Below, piece after piece: positions 1 through 8,315 of a stretch of 32,449 bases of DNA. The translations under genes and the position numbers were made by a program. Below the pieces are notes generated by a model. That model made no database searches. It saw nothing but the letters and a program-made list of their open reading frames with translations, and was not told the DNA's origin. Position 1 is the first letter of the stretch. Each line of letters begins with the position of its first letter. Source of the DNA: an uncultured Candidatus Saccharibacteria bacterium (GTDB taxonomy: Bacteria > Patescibacteriota > Saccharimonadia > Saccharimonadales > Saccharimonadaceae); assembly GCA_964649505.1 (NCBI GenBank), contig CAZYRC010000001.1, positions 1-32,449 of the forward strand, read 5' to 3'.

Positions 1-149
1 CTCGGCGGGGGAAATCTCTAAAAAATAATGCACAAGGAGGTGGGTTTTTCGGCTAGGCGGGGCGTCGCCCCGCCCGCCTTTCAGACTTTTGCGAGAAAAT
101 GGGTTCGAGATCGGTTGTAGAATTGCGGCAGGGAAAATTCCCCGACGGG
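1..149. repeat. GC-rich imperfect palindromic element, probably truncated by the window edge
   Basis: Perfect 8-bp stem GGCGGGGC(56-63)/GCCCCGCC(67-74); imperfect outer pairing of 1-12 with 138-149; lies downstream of the minus-strand ABC operon. Confidence 0.45.
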
Positions 150-196
150 CTTGTCCGTTGGGAAATTTTCTTTCGATGGAATCGAAAGGGCGAGAG

Positions 197-510
197 TTAT
201 TTAGTAGACCAACTGGGGTCATTCAGGCTTTTGGCCTCGAATGTGTCGTTTGGATGGGCGTCGTTCCATTTCCAGATCTCGTCGTCGCTACAGGGGATGA
301 CCGAGCGTTCGTGGCAGAAATTTTGTTTGTCCTCGAGGTATTGTGATTGCACTGAGTAGATCTCATTGGTGCCGAACCTGCCTCTGACTTCGAGCTGGAA
401 AGAGAGAAATTGAACGGTGAAAACGATGATAGCAATGACTACAACCGCCCACAGGAAGCGCAATTGTAATTCTACGTTTGATAATTTGTGTTTTGATGTT
501 GCTTGCTCAT
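197..510 (-). pseudogene. Small single-TM hypothetical protein, apparently frameshifted near its start
   Basis: ATG at 510 follows the permease stop (TAG-t-ATG, same spacing as TAA-t-ATG at 1733-1727) but is out of frame. One extra A gives MSKATSKHKLSNVELQLRFLWAVVVIAIIVF... joining ORF 197..463. Confidence 0.55.
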
Positions 511-511
511 A

Positions 512-1729
512 CTATTTCCTCCCAAAAATCTCTTTGACACTCAATTTTCGTGAGTATTCGAGGGCGCCAAAGCGGAAAATGCGCACAGCGATCAGCATCG
601 TGATGATGCCAAAAATGATGAGCAGCGCTATCCCCACGGCGTATTCCCACGGTGCGAGGTTGCCCAGGGCATTGCGTAGCATCAGCGGGATTGGCGCGGT
701 GAAGGGAAAGAGCGACAGGCCGCGCACGAGCGGGCTCTCAGGGCTCGAGACGAAGAGGCTTGCTGCGTAGAGTGGTCCAAAAATCAGCATCATGATGAGC
801 CCGATGAAACCACCGGCTTCTTTTGCGGTCGGCACGGCAGCACCGATCGCCACCATGAGACCGGTAAACAGCATGAAGCTCGCAATGAAAATCACCGCAC
901 CCATCCCGACGCGGAACGGATCGAACGGAATTGATGACAGATCGAGTGCTGGGAGTTTGAGACTATCGTGGAAGAGAATGTAGCCAATCAGCGCCGGCAA
1001 AATCACCAACAACCCCTGGATCATCGAGAGCAGCACCAGCGAGATAATTTTGCCGATGATCAGCGTGCGCGCCTCGATCGTCGTCAGGATCATCTCGATC
1101 ACGCGATTTTCTTTCTCCTCGGTGGTACTGGTGAGCATCTGGTTGCCAAAAAAGCTGATCAGGAAATAAAACAGGACCAAAAATACCGCCGGAAAAATCA
1201 TTTGCTTGAACGCATCGTACGGTTTGCCGTCGCGATAAACCGTCGTTTTGACCTCTGTTTTCCCTTGGACAATCGTCTTGATTTCGGGGCTCACCGACGT
1301 CTCGACCGACATCGAGAGCAGATTCGTCGCAACGCCCTCGTACCGCCCGTTTTCAAACAAGCTCACGTCGCGGCCATAGACCTCGATCGGCGCCTTGCTC
1401 ACGTCCGTCGGATAATAGTAATACGCATCGAGCGACCCCTGTTCAACCGCCTTGATTGCCGCCTCTTTCGACGCCGCAGGTGTCGCTTTCATAGCCGCGA
1501 CGAGCGTCGGATTCAATAGATGAGAATCGTCGGTATACTGGATCGAAAAGTGTTGTTTGCTGAGGTCTTCGGCGGCGTTATTGGTTGTTTTGTTTGAGAG
1601 AAAAATAATCCCAAAAATCAGCCCAAACATCAGTGGGAATCCAAATGCCATGATCCAAAACGATTTTTTCTTCAGTGCACGGACAACTTCAAATCGAATC
1701 ACCGTGCCGAGGTTGTGTGGTCGGCGCAT
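512..1729 (-). CDS. ABC-2 type exporter permease (NatB/YhaP-like)
   Basis: N-terminal TM, extracellular loop, EEKENRVIEMILT motif, several C-terminal TMs; ATG at 1729 is 1 nt after the ATPase stop. Confidence 0.9.
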   Translation of the reverse strand: MRRPHNLGTVIRFEVVRALKKKSFWIMAFGFPLMFGLIFGIIFLSNKTTNNAAEDLSKQHFSIQYTDDSHLLNPTLVAAMKATPAASKEAAIKAVEQGSLDAYYYYPTDVSKAPIEVYGRDVSLFENGRYEGVATNLLSMSVETSVSPEIKTIVQGKTEVKTTVYRDGKPYDAFKQMIFPAVFLVLFYFLISFFGNQMLTSTTEEKENRVIEMILTTIEARTLIIGKIISLVLLSMIQGLLVILPALIGYILFHDSLKLPALDLSSIPFDPFRVGMGAVIFIASFMLFTGLMVAIGAAVPTAKEAGGFIGLIMMLIFGPLYAASLFVSSPESPLVRGLSLFPFTAPIPLMLRNALGNLAPWEYAVGIALLIIFGIITMLIAVRIFRFGALEYSRKLSVKEIFGRK

Positions 1730-1730
1730 A

Positions 1731-2468
1731 TTAGTTTTCCTCCGTTTCGTTTTCGTCACCATATACTGCTAAGAAAATATCATCGAGCGATTTGCCGCCG
1801 AATTTTTTTCTCACCTCGGCGACGGTGCCATAGGCGTACGCTTTGCCGTCGCGCAGTAGCGCCACGCGGTCGCACAGGCGCTCGACCTCCTCCATCTGGT
1901 GGGTAATCATCACGACGGTCGCGCCGCGAGCTTGGTGCTCCTCGATAATATCCATGAGCAGGCGTCGGTTGACTGGGTCAAATCCTTTGGTTGGTTCATC
2001 GAGAATAAGCAATTCTGGATCATCCATCACCGTGATACCAAGCTGAATTTTTTGTTGCTGACCACCACTCAATTTGTCGATTCGCACGTTTGCTTTGTCC
2101 GCCAATTTCACTCGTTGTAAAAATGACAACGATTTCTCTCTGGCGTCAGTTCGCGTCATACCTTTGAGCTGGCCAAAGTACGTCATAACGTCGATCACAG
2201 ATTCTTTTTTGTACAACCCACGCTCCTCAGGAAGATAGCCGAGTTTGACGCCGCTACTGACAGAGTACGGCTCGCCGTCAATCAGTAATTCGCCGCCAGT
2301 TGGCTCATAGATTCCGAGCAGGGCACGGATCGTCGTGGTTTTGCCGCTTCCGTTGCTGCCGAGGAAGCCAAATGTCTCGCCGCGTTTGACGTCGAAGCTG
2401 AGATCGTGGATGACTTCTGTGGCGCCAAAGCGCATCGTAAAGTGTTTGATCGAGATAATTGTATCCAT
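1731..2468 (-). CDS. ABC transporter ATP-binding protein
   Basis: Walker A GSNGSGKT, signature LSGGQQQ, Walker B LILDEPT; TGCTATACT 6 nt upstream of ATG 2468. Confidence 0.95.
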   Translation of the reverse strand: MDTIISIKHFTMRFGATEVIHDLSFDVKRGETFGFLGSNGSGKTTTIRALLGIYEPTGGELLIDGEPYSVSSGVKLGYLPEERGLYKKESVIDVMTYFGQLKGMTRTDAREKSLSFLQRVKLADKANVRIDKLSGGQQQKIQLGITVMDDPELLILDEPTKGFDPVNRRLLMDIIEEHQARGATVVMITHQMEEVERLCDRVALLRDGKAYAYGTVAEVRKKFGGKSLDDIFLAVYGDENETEEN

Positions 2469-2613
2469 CTTTTCAGTATAGCAGAGGTCATCAGCGGGCA
2501 AAAACGCGCCATAAAAGGATGAGTAAAAAAGTATTTCGCTGTATGTAGCAAAAAATACTACATCAGGCTAAGGTGTTGGGCGTGGGATTGTAAAAAATAC
2601 ATGGCAAAAAGGC

Positions 2614-2667
2614 TTGAAAACGGCATATATAGTGGTTATATTTATGTACAGACACTACATGTGTAGT
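2614..2667 (+). promoter_or_regulatory. nrdA sigma70 promoter with tandem NrdR-box-like sites
   Basis: TTGAAA(2614-2619)-17 bp-TATATT(2637-2642); ACGGCATATATAGTGG (2620-2635) and ACACTACATGTGTAGT (2652-2667) partially match acaCwAtATaTwGtgt and start 32 bp apart. Confidence 0.65.
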
Positions 2668-2816
2668 AGTTCAGCAAAATAGACACCACCGCAAGATTAT
2701 CGTAAAGCTAGTTCACGTTGAGGTGAGCGTGTTCTTGTGGTCGATTTTACAACGCTTTAAGGGAGGTGTTGTGTCGGATGAAGGTGCTACCTAACAGTCA
2801 ACAAAGAGGGGAATAT

Positions 2817-5228
2817 ATGAGTACGATTCATGTCGTGAAGCGCGACGGCACAAAAGAGCCGTTTGACGCGAACAAAATCAATCTCGCACTCGTCAAAGCG
2901 AGCGAGGGGCTGCCAGATCAGATTTCAAAAGTCGTGCAGGTCGCGACCGAACTGCAGCTGACGCTTTTTGACGGCATCACGAGTGAACAGCTCGACGAGG
3001 CGGTCATTCATACGGCGCTCCAAAACGTCAAAGACGATCCAGATTTTGATACGATCGCGGCGCGTTTGCTCCTCAAAAATATTTACAAAAATATCCTCGG
3101 CGACTACACGACTGACGAAGAGCTCAAAAAACTGCATGCAAAGCATTTTCCGGTCTATATCAAAGAAGCGGTGCGTGATGGGCTGCTCGACAAACGTATG
3201 GCCGAGACAAAACGATTTGATCTCAAAAAACTCGCCGCTGCACTCGCCCCAGAGCGCGACAACCTCAGCAAATACCTCGGTGTGATCACTAACAAAAACC
3301 GCTACGCACTACGCAAACAAAATGGCCAGCCGATCGAGACGCCACAGTACACCCACATGCGTATTGCGATGGGACTGAGTTTCAATGAAAAAGACCCGAC
3401 GGCGGCAGCACTTGATTTTTATGAGCACATGAGCCGACTCGAATATCTTCCGGGCGGTAGTACCCGTGTGAACGCTGGTGGCTCGTTCCCGCAGCTTAGC
3501 AACTGTTTCGTCATCGACGTCGAGGACGACATGGAATCGATCGCAAAATCGGTTCGCGACACAATGTGGATCGCCAAAGGCACTGGGGGTATCGGTATCA
3601 GCATGAACAAACTCCGCGCGGCGGGCAGCCCGGTGAAAACGACGAATACAGTTTCGACCGGTCCACTGCCATTTATGAAAATGATTGACACGGCGCTCTT
3701 TGCGGTGAGCCGCAAGGGAAAAAAAGCGGGCGCAGCAGCGATTTATATGGAAAACTGGCACCTGAATTTTCCACAGTTCATGGATCTGCGTGAAAACAAT
3801 GGAGACCCATACTACCGCACGCGTTTTGCAAATATCGCCGTCTACATCTCTGACGAATTCATGAAACGTGTCCTCAAAGAGCAGGACTGGTATATGTTCG
3901 ATCCAGCTGAGACGCCTGATTTGTCGGAGCTGTACGGTGAGGCGTTTAGCAAGCGCTACGCAGAATACGTCAAACTCGCCGAGGCGGGCAAATTGCGCAC
4001 ATTCGAAAAAACGCCAGCACGTCAGCAGTGGCGCCAGATTCTGATCCGTTTGCAGGCAAGCAGTCACCCGTGGATCACTTGGAAAGATTCGATCAATCTC
4101 CGCGCGCTCAACAACAACATGAGCACCATCCACTCATCGAACCTTTGCACCGAAATCACACTGCCAAACGACAGCAAAAACATCTCTGTGTGTAATCTCG
4201 TCAGCATCAATCTCAGCGCATTTCTCGATCTCGAGACAAAAACATGGGATTGGGATCGCCTCGAAGTCGCGACGCGCAGCGCCATCCGCCAGCTCGACAA
4301 CCTCTGTGATATCACTGACACGCCGATTCCTGAAGCGCTGCACAGCATCCAGACCACGCGCGCACTCGGCCTCGGCATCATGGGCTTCACCGATATCGTC
4401 GAAAAACTCGGTTTTAGCTACGAAAGCGAAGAAGCCTACGACACGATGGACCAACTCGCCGAATACATCAGTTACTACGCCATCGACGAAAGCGCCGAGC
4501 TTGCCAAACAAAAAGGCAGCTACCCAGATTTCAAAGGAAGCGGCTGGAGCAAAGGGCTATTGCCAATCGACCTCGTCGACATCCAGGCAAAAGACCGCAA
4601 AGTTAAAGTCGATGTCACGCGCAAAAAACGTCTCGACTGGGACGCGCTTCGTAAGAAGACGACCAAAGGCATGCGCAATGCAACCCTGATGGCGGTCGCG
4701 CCAACTGCGAACATCGCGCACGTTGCCGGCACGACGCCGGGGATCGATCCGCAATTTAGCCAGATTTTCTCGCGCAGCACGCTGAATGGCAAATTCCTCG
4801 AAGTCAACGCCAACCTCGTCCGCGACCTCAAGGCGCTCGACCTCTGGGAAGAAGTCAAAGACCAGCTGCTCGTCGAACAAGGCGACCTGACAAACATCGA
4901 CGTCGTGCCGCAACACCTCAAAGACGTGTACAAGACTTGTTTCCAACTCTCACCGCTGGCCTTCATCGAAGTCGCGACACGAGCGCAGAAATGGGTCGAC
5001 CAGGCAATCAGCCGCAACATGTACCTCGAGAGCCGCAGTGTCGACGACATGGAGCACGTCTACATGGAGGCGTGGAAACGCGGTCTCAAAACGACGTACT
5101 ATCTGCATATGAAACCACGCCACCAGGCCGAACAGAGCACGACGCGCGTGAACAAAACCGAAGATATTGCCAAAAATTCCGGCGCCAAAAAAGTTGGGTT
5201 CGGATTTGCGAAAAAACAAAGTGTATAG
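2817..5228 (+). CDS. nrdA: Ribonucleoside-diphosphate reductase alpha subunit (class I, N-terminal ATP cone), lacking the C-terminal Cys pair
   Basis: ATP cone VVKRDG; SNCFV, SSNLCTEI, SVCNL, APTANI and KTTYYL motifs; SD GAGGGG before ATG 2817. Confidence 0.97.
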   Translation: MSTIHVVKRDGTKEPFDANKINLALVKASEGLPDQISKVVQVATELQLTLFDGITSEQLDEAVIHTALQNVKDDPDFDTIAARLLLKNIYKNILGDYTTDEELKKLHAKHFPVYIKEAVRDGLLDKRMAETKRFDLKKLAAALAPERDNLSKYLGVITNKNRYALRKQNGQPIETPQYTHMRIAMGLSFNEKDPTAAALDFYEHMSRLEYLPGGSTRVNAGGSFPQLSNCFVIDVEDDMESIAKSVRDTMWIAKGTGGIGISMNKLRAAGSPVKTTNTVSTGPLPFMKMIDTALFAVSRKGKKAGAAAIYMENWHLNFPQFMDLRENNGDPYYRTRFANIAVYISDEFMKRVLKEQDWYMFDPAETPDLSELYGEAFSKRYAEYVKLAEAGKLRTFEKTPARQQWRQILIRLQASSHPWITWKDSINLRALNNNMSTIHSSNLCTEITLPNDSKNISVCNLVSINLSAFLDLETKTWDWDRLEVATRSAIRQLDNLCDITDTPIPEALHSIQTTRALGLGIMGFTDIVEKLGFSYESEEAYDTMDQLAEYISYYAIDESAELAKQKGSYPDFKGSGWSKGLLPIDLVDIQAKDRKVKVDVTRKKRLDWDALRKKTTKGMRNATLMAVAPTANIAHVAGTTPGIDPQFSQIFSRSTLNGKFLEVNANLVRDLKALDLWEEVKDQLLVEQGDLTNIDVVPQHLKDVYKTCFQLSPLAFIEVATRAQKWVDQAISRNMYLESRSVDDMEHVYMEAWKRGLKTTYYLHMKPRHQAEQSTTRVNKTEDIAKNSGAKKVGFGFAKKQSV

Positions 5229-5240
5229 GAGGGAAATACA

Positions 5241-5414
5241 ATGAACGCATCAACTATTTTAAACGACAACATGACACTCGAAGAAAAACTCAAAGCGATC
5301 TCTGACGCAATGGAAGAAGCGCAGACAACTGCAAACGAACAAGCCGCGCAGCGCGGTGAAGTCGCGGCGCCGATCGACCCAGCCGACCTCACGATGTGCG
5401 AGGGGTGCCAGTAA
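5241..5414 (+). CDS. 57-aa acidic protein ending in CEGCQ; putative stand-alone NrdA C-terminal redox tail
   Basis: MNASTILNDNMTLEEKLKAISDAMEEAQTTANEQAAQRGEVAAPIDPADLTMCEGCQ*; SD AGGAGG; absent from the ORF track (<60 aa); same frame as nrdA. Confidence 0.85.
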   Translation: MNASTILNDNMTLEEKLKAISDAMEEAQTTANEQAAQRGEVAAPIDPADLTMCEGCQ

Positions 5415-5659
5415 TGGAATTTATCCACACATATGGTCGCCCGCTCGAGGATCAGGAAATTCTCGCCGCACTATCGGCGCAGCATCCTGAAAAAAAGTTT
5501 TCGATTGGACCTGGTGGCACGATCGTTGAATCATACCGCGAGCAACCAGTGTATCCAGAGCGAACATCTATTGTTGTAGATCCTACAACGAAAGTCGAAC
5601 TCGGAAATCGTGCTGCTGACGCCGTCGCGCTCGAGCGCATGATGTCGTCTGAGCTGTAG
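5414..5659 (+). CDS. 81-aa hypothetical protein in the nrd operon
   Basis: TAATG stop/start overlap with the CEGCQ ORF; translation MEFIHTYGRPLEDQEIL... Confidence 0.6.
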   Translation: MEFIHTYGRPLEDQEILAALSAQHPEKKFSIGPGGTIVESYREQPVYPERTSIVVDPTTKVELGNRAADAVALERMMSSEL

Positions 5660-5674
5660 AAATTGCGATTTTTT

Positions 5675-5706
5675 TCACAGCCACAGATGCGCGTGGCTGT
5701 GATAAT
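5675..5706 (+). promoter_or_regulatory. Inverted repeat overlapping a candidate nrdB -10 element
   Basis: TCACAGCCAC-N8-GTGGCTGTGA (5675-5702), a perfect 10-bp IR; TGT-GATAAT at 5698-5706. Confidence 0.45.
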
Positions 5707-5744
5707 GATAGGTAGATTATGAGACATAAACGAAAGAGGTAAGT

Positions 5745-6803
5745 ATGGCAGGAATTTTAGGTGCAGGTGTCCAGGACGGACTGTTGCTTAAGCCAATCAA
5801 GTATCAATGGGCGATGGATCTCTATGATCAGGCGGTCGCAAACACGTGGTTTCCGAACGAAATCCAGCTCGCGCAGGATCTCGCTGACTGGGAAAAAATG
5901 AGCGACGAAGAGCGCCACGCCGTGACGTTCCTCATGAGCTATTTCAACCCAAATGAGCTGCTCGTGAACAAAGCGCTGGCGTTTGGCGTCTATCCGTACG
6001 TCAACGCAGCCGAGGCGCATCTTTACCTCGCAAAACAGATGTGGGAAGAGGCCAACCACTGTATGGCGTTCGAATACGTCCTCGATACGTTCCCGATCGA
6101 CCGCGACGCCGCGTACGAAGCACACGTGACGGTGCCGGAAATGGCGCGCAAGGAAGAGTTCGAGACCAAATTTATCAAGCGTATGACTGAGGATACGCTC
6201 GACATTACGACGACCGAAGGCAAAAAAGATTTCATCCGCAATATGGTTGCCTATAACATCATTCTCGAGGGAATTTGGTTCTACAGTGGGTTCATGGTTG
6301 CGTTGTCGTTCCGACAACGAAATCTCTTGCGTAACTTCGGTAGCCTCATCGACTGGATCGTGCGCGACGAATCACTTCACCTCAAATTTGGCATCAACTT
6401 GATTCTCACCACGATGCAAGAAAACGAAGACCTCCAGGACCCTGAATTTGCCGAAGAAATCCGCCAAATGATTCTCGATGGCGTCACGATGGAAGAAGAG
6501 TACAACAAGGCGCTCTTGCCAAATGGCATCCTCGGTCTCAACGCCGACTACATCAACCAATATGTCAAATATTTGACTGATCGCCGCCTCGAAGAGCTTG
6601 GATTTGAGCCAGAATACAATGTCTCTAACCCTGCGAAATGGATGGCCGCGGCCAATGACACCTACGAGCTGGTGAACTTCTTTGAAAGCACCAACACCAG
6701 CTACGAAGTCAACGCTGGCAACGCCGAAGGTACACTCAAAGGCACCGGCCCTGAAGACGGCCAAAGCCCAAGCGCTGACCGCGGCGAAGACGAGCCGAAA
6801 TAG
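5745..6803 (+). CDS. nrdB: Ribonucleotide reductase beta subunit, class Ic (R2c, Mn/Fe)-type
   Basis: Ferritin-like ligands FNPNE, EEANH, LEGIWFYSGF, DESLH; Glu as first ligand and Phe at the radical-Tyr site (EEANHCMAF); C-terminal NFFESTNTSY. Confidence 0.93.
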   Translation: MAGILGAGVQDGLLLKPIKYQWAMDLYDQAVANTWFPNEIQLAQDLADWEKMSDEERHAVTFLMSYFNPNELLVNKALAFGVYPYVNAAEAHLYLAKQMWEEANHCMAFEYVLDTFPIDRDAAYEAHVTVPEMARKEEFETKFIKRMTEDTLDITTTEGKKDFIRNMVAYNIILEGIWFYSGFMVALSFRQRNLLRNFGSLIDWIVRDESLHLKFGINLILTTMQENEDLQDPEFAEEIRQMILDGVTMEEEYNKALLPNGILGLNADYINQYVKYLTDRRLEELGFEPEYNVSNPAKWMAAANDTYELVNFFESTNTSYEVNAGNAEGTLKGTGPEDGQSPSADRGEDEPK

Positions 6804-6820
6804 CACCCTAATCGATACAG

Positions 6821-6860
6821 GTCCCCGGGGCCGGTGACAATAGTCATGCCCCGGGACTTT
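6821..6860 (+). terminator. Hairpin terminator after nrdB
   Basis: GTCCCCGGGGC...GTGAC-AATA-GTCAT-GCCCCGGGAC followed by TTT. Confidence 0.7.
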
Positions 6861-6892
6861 CGTGCTATCTATGGCCCTTCAGATTGGGCGCT

Positions 6893-6923
6893 CACACTAG
6901 CAGTAGCGTGTGTGATATTTTAC
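6893..6923 (+). repeat. 31-bp direct repeat, copy 1
   Basis: CACACTAGCAGTAGCGTGTGTGATATTTTAC, identical to 8316-8346. Confidence 0.95.
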
Positions 6924-6975
6924 GCGTAGACACCAGCAGGCTATCTCTGTATACTACGGGTGGAAGGAAGTTGTT

Positions 6976-7785
6976 GTGTCAATTGATTCTGAAAAGCTAA
7001 AGCGTAATCGTCTAATTGATGCGCGTCGGGTTTTAGGTGGGATTGGTGCCTGTGCTATATTTTTTATGGCTAGCCCAACATCCCCTGCTAGTGCTGCCCC
7101 AGACGGACCTCATCAGTACCCTATTGCATTTACAGGAGAATACGGCGGTGTTTACCCTCGTGAAAATGCCGATCTCACCTCTGAAAAAATAGGTGAAGTT
7201 TTGGCTGAGGGAAATATAGTGAGTATTGCCTGTGAGTATGATGGACAAGAAGTCAGTAATAGCCTGGGCACAAGTTCTCAAGTTTGGGAAAAGCTCGATA
7301 ATGGAACGAGTATCCCAAATGCTTTTGTCAATACGGGGGTTAATGGATATACACCTGGAATAGATAAATGCGGTTCCAGCGACCATGAAACGAATGAGCA
7401 GGAATTATTTATTAAATACAGAGTTGGTGAGTTGTATGGCTATGAGCTCCTAAGTCATTACTATGATGCAACTGGGAAGCCGGCACGCATTGATTGGGAA
7501 TTCTTGAAAAAAAGTGCAGATTTTAGGGCGTTTCTAAACAAAATAGAGAAGGACGGTGTCAATTCGAGGGTATTCGAACCAAATCCGGCCAGTGACCCGG
7601 ACATACTATTTGCTATGGGTGCGTTTGGGGTTGATCGTATATCTCCAGGCTGCTATAAGATTGTAAATACTTATGATTTCAAACCAGACAAGCTAGTTAA
7701 CGCGGCTATGTATAAAAAAGAGTATCAAGACGAGCTTGACGGTAAGGCAAAATCCTTTGAAATGAGGGCATCGAATTGTGAATAA
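6976..7785 (+). CDS. Secreted protein: signal peptide, SH3-like cell-wall-binding domain, C-terminal domain distantly resembling colicin M
   Basis: Signal ending in PASA; IACEYDG...WEKLDNG..IPNAFVNTG...C module; HYYDATG...FAMGAFGV...NTYDF...GKAKSF; TATACT at 6950-6955; AT-richer codon usage. Confidence 0.6.
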   Translation: MSIDSEKLKRNRLIDARRVLGGIGACAIFFMASPTSPASAAPDGPHQYPIAFTGEYGGVYPRENADLTSEKIGEVLAEGNIVSIACEYDGQEVSNSLGTSSQVWEKLDNGTSIPNAFVNTGVNGYTPGIDKCGSSDHETNEQELFIKYRVGELYGYELLSHYYDATGKPARIDWEFLKKSADFRAFLNKIEKDGVNSRVFEPNPASDPDILFAMGAFGVDRISPGCYKIVNTYDFKPDKLVNAAMYKKEYQDELDGKAKSFEMRASNCE

Positions 7786-8281
7786 GAAGAAACTAGCGGC
7801 GATACTAGCAGTATTGATGAGCATCAGCGTGGTGGTTGTATTGGTCGCGACATATGGGCGCTCGAGCGAGGCTACAAAGATCATCCGAGAGGAAACATCG
7901 AATTTTCCGCAACAAGCCGCCCGTACCGGAGAGGATAGCGATACGGCTCAGCGCGGTGTAGCAACCTCATTCTCGACGTGGAGTATATCGCGTGAGGAAG
8001 CGAGTAGCGTAGTGAAAAATACAACATTTAATAATTGCGGAGAATACACGTGTTCTCAAGGGTTTGTTGACGCGAAATCAATTAATTTTCAGGGGGTATA
8101 TAGCTCGTCTTCGAATAGTGGCAGGGAAATATCGGCTGCATTAGAACGATCAAAAACCGCGCCATATCGATGCTCGTACCGAATCAAGGGCTCGTTTGGA
8201 ATTGGGTCGTATAAACACCTCGACATGCTCTGTATCGATACAGAGTCGGGGCAGGCGACCTACCGGCATATTCTTCGGTGA
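7778..8281 (+). CDS. Membrane-anchored exported hypothetical protein (candidate immunity/partner)
   Basis: KKK plus hydrophobic anchor, four Cys, overlaps the upstream gene by 8 nt. Confidence 0.65.
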   Translation: MNKKKLAAILAVLMSISVVVVLVATYGRSSEATKIIREETSNFPQQAARTGEDSDTAQRGVATSFSTWSISREEASSVVKNTTFNNCGEYTCSQGFVDAKSINFQGVYSSSSNSGREISAALERSKTAPYRCSYRIKGSFGIGSYKHLDMLCIDTESGQATYRHILR

Positions 8282-8315
8282 CAAAGGCACATTCTAGGTG
8301 TGTAAGCCAGGCGTA

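Noticed and set aside
2680-2816. Cobalamin riboswitch upstream of nrdA
   Set aside because: No recognisable B12-box or core motifs
2817-5228. Intein or intron in nrdA
   Set aside because: Normal length with contiguous motifs and no splicing signatures
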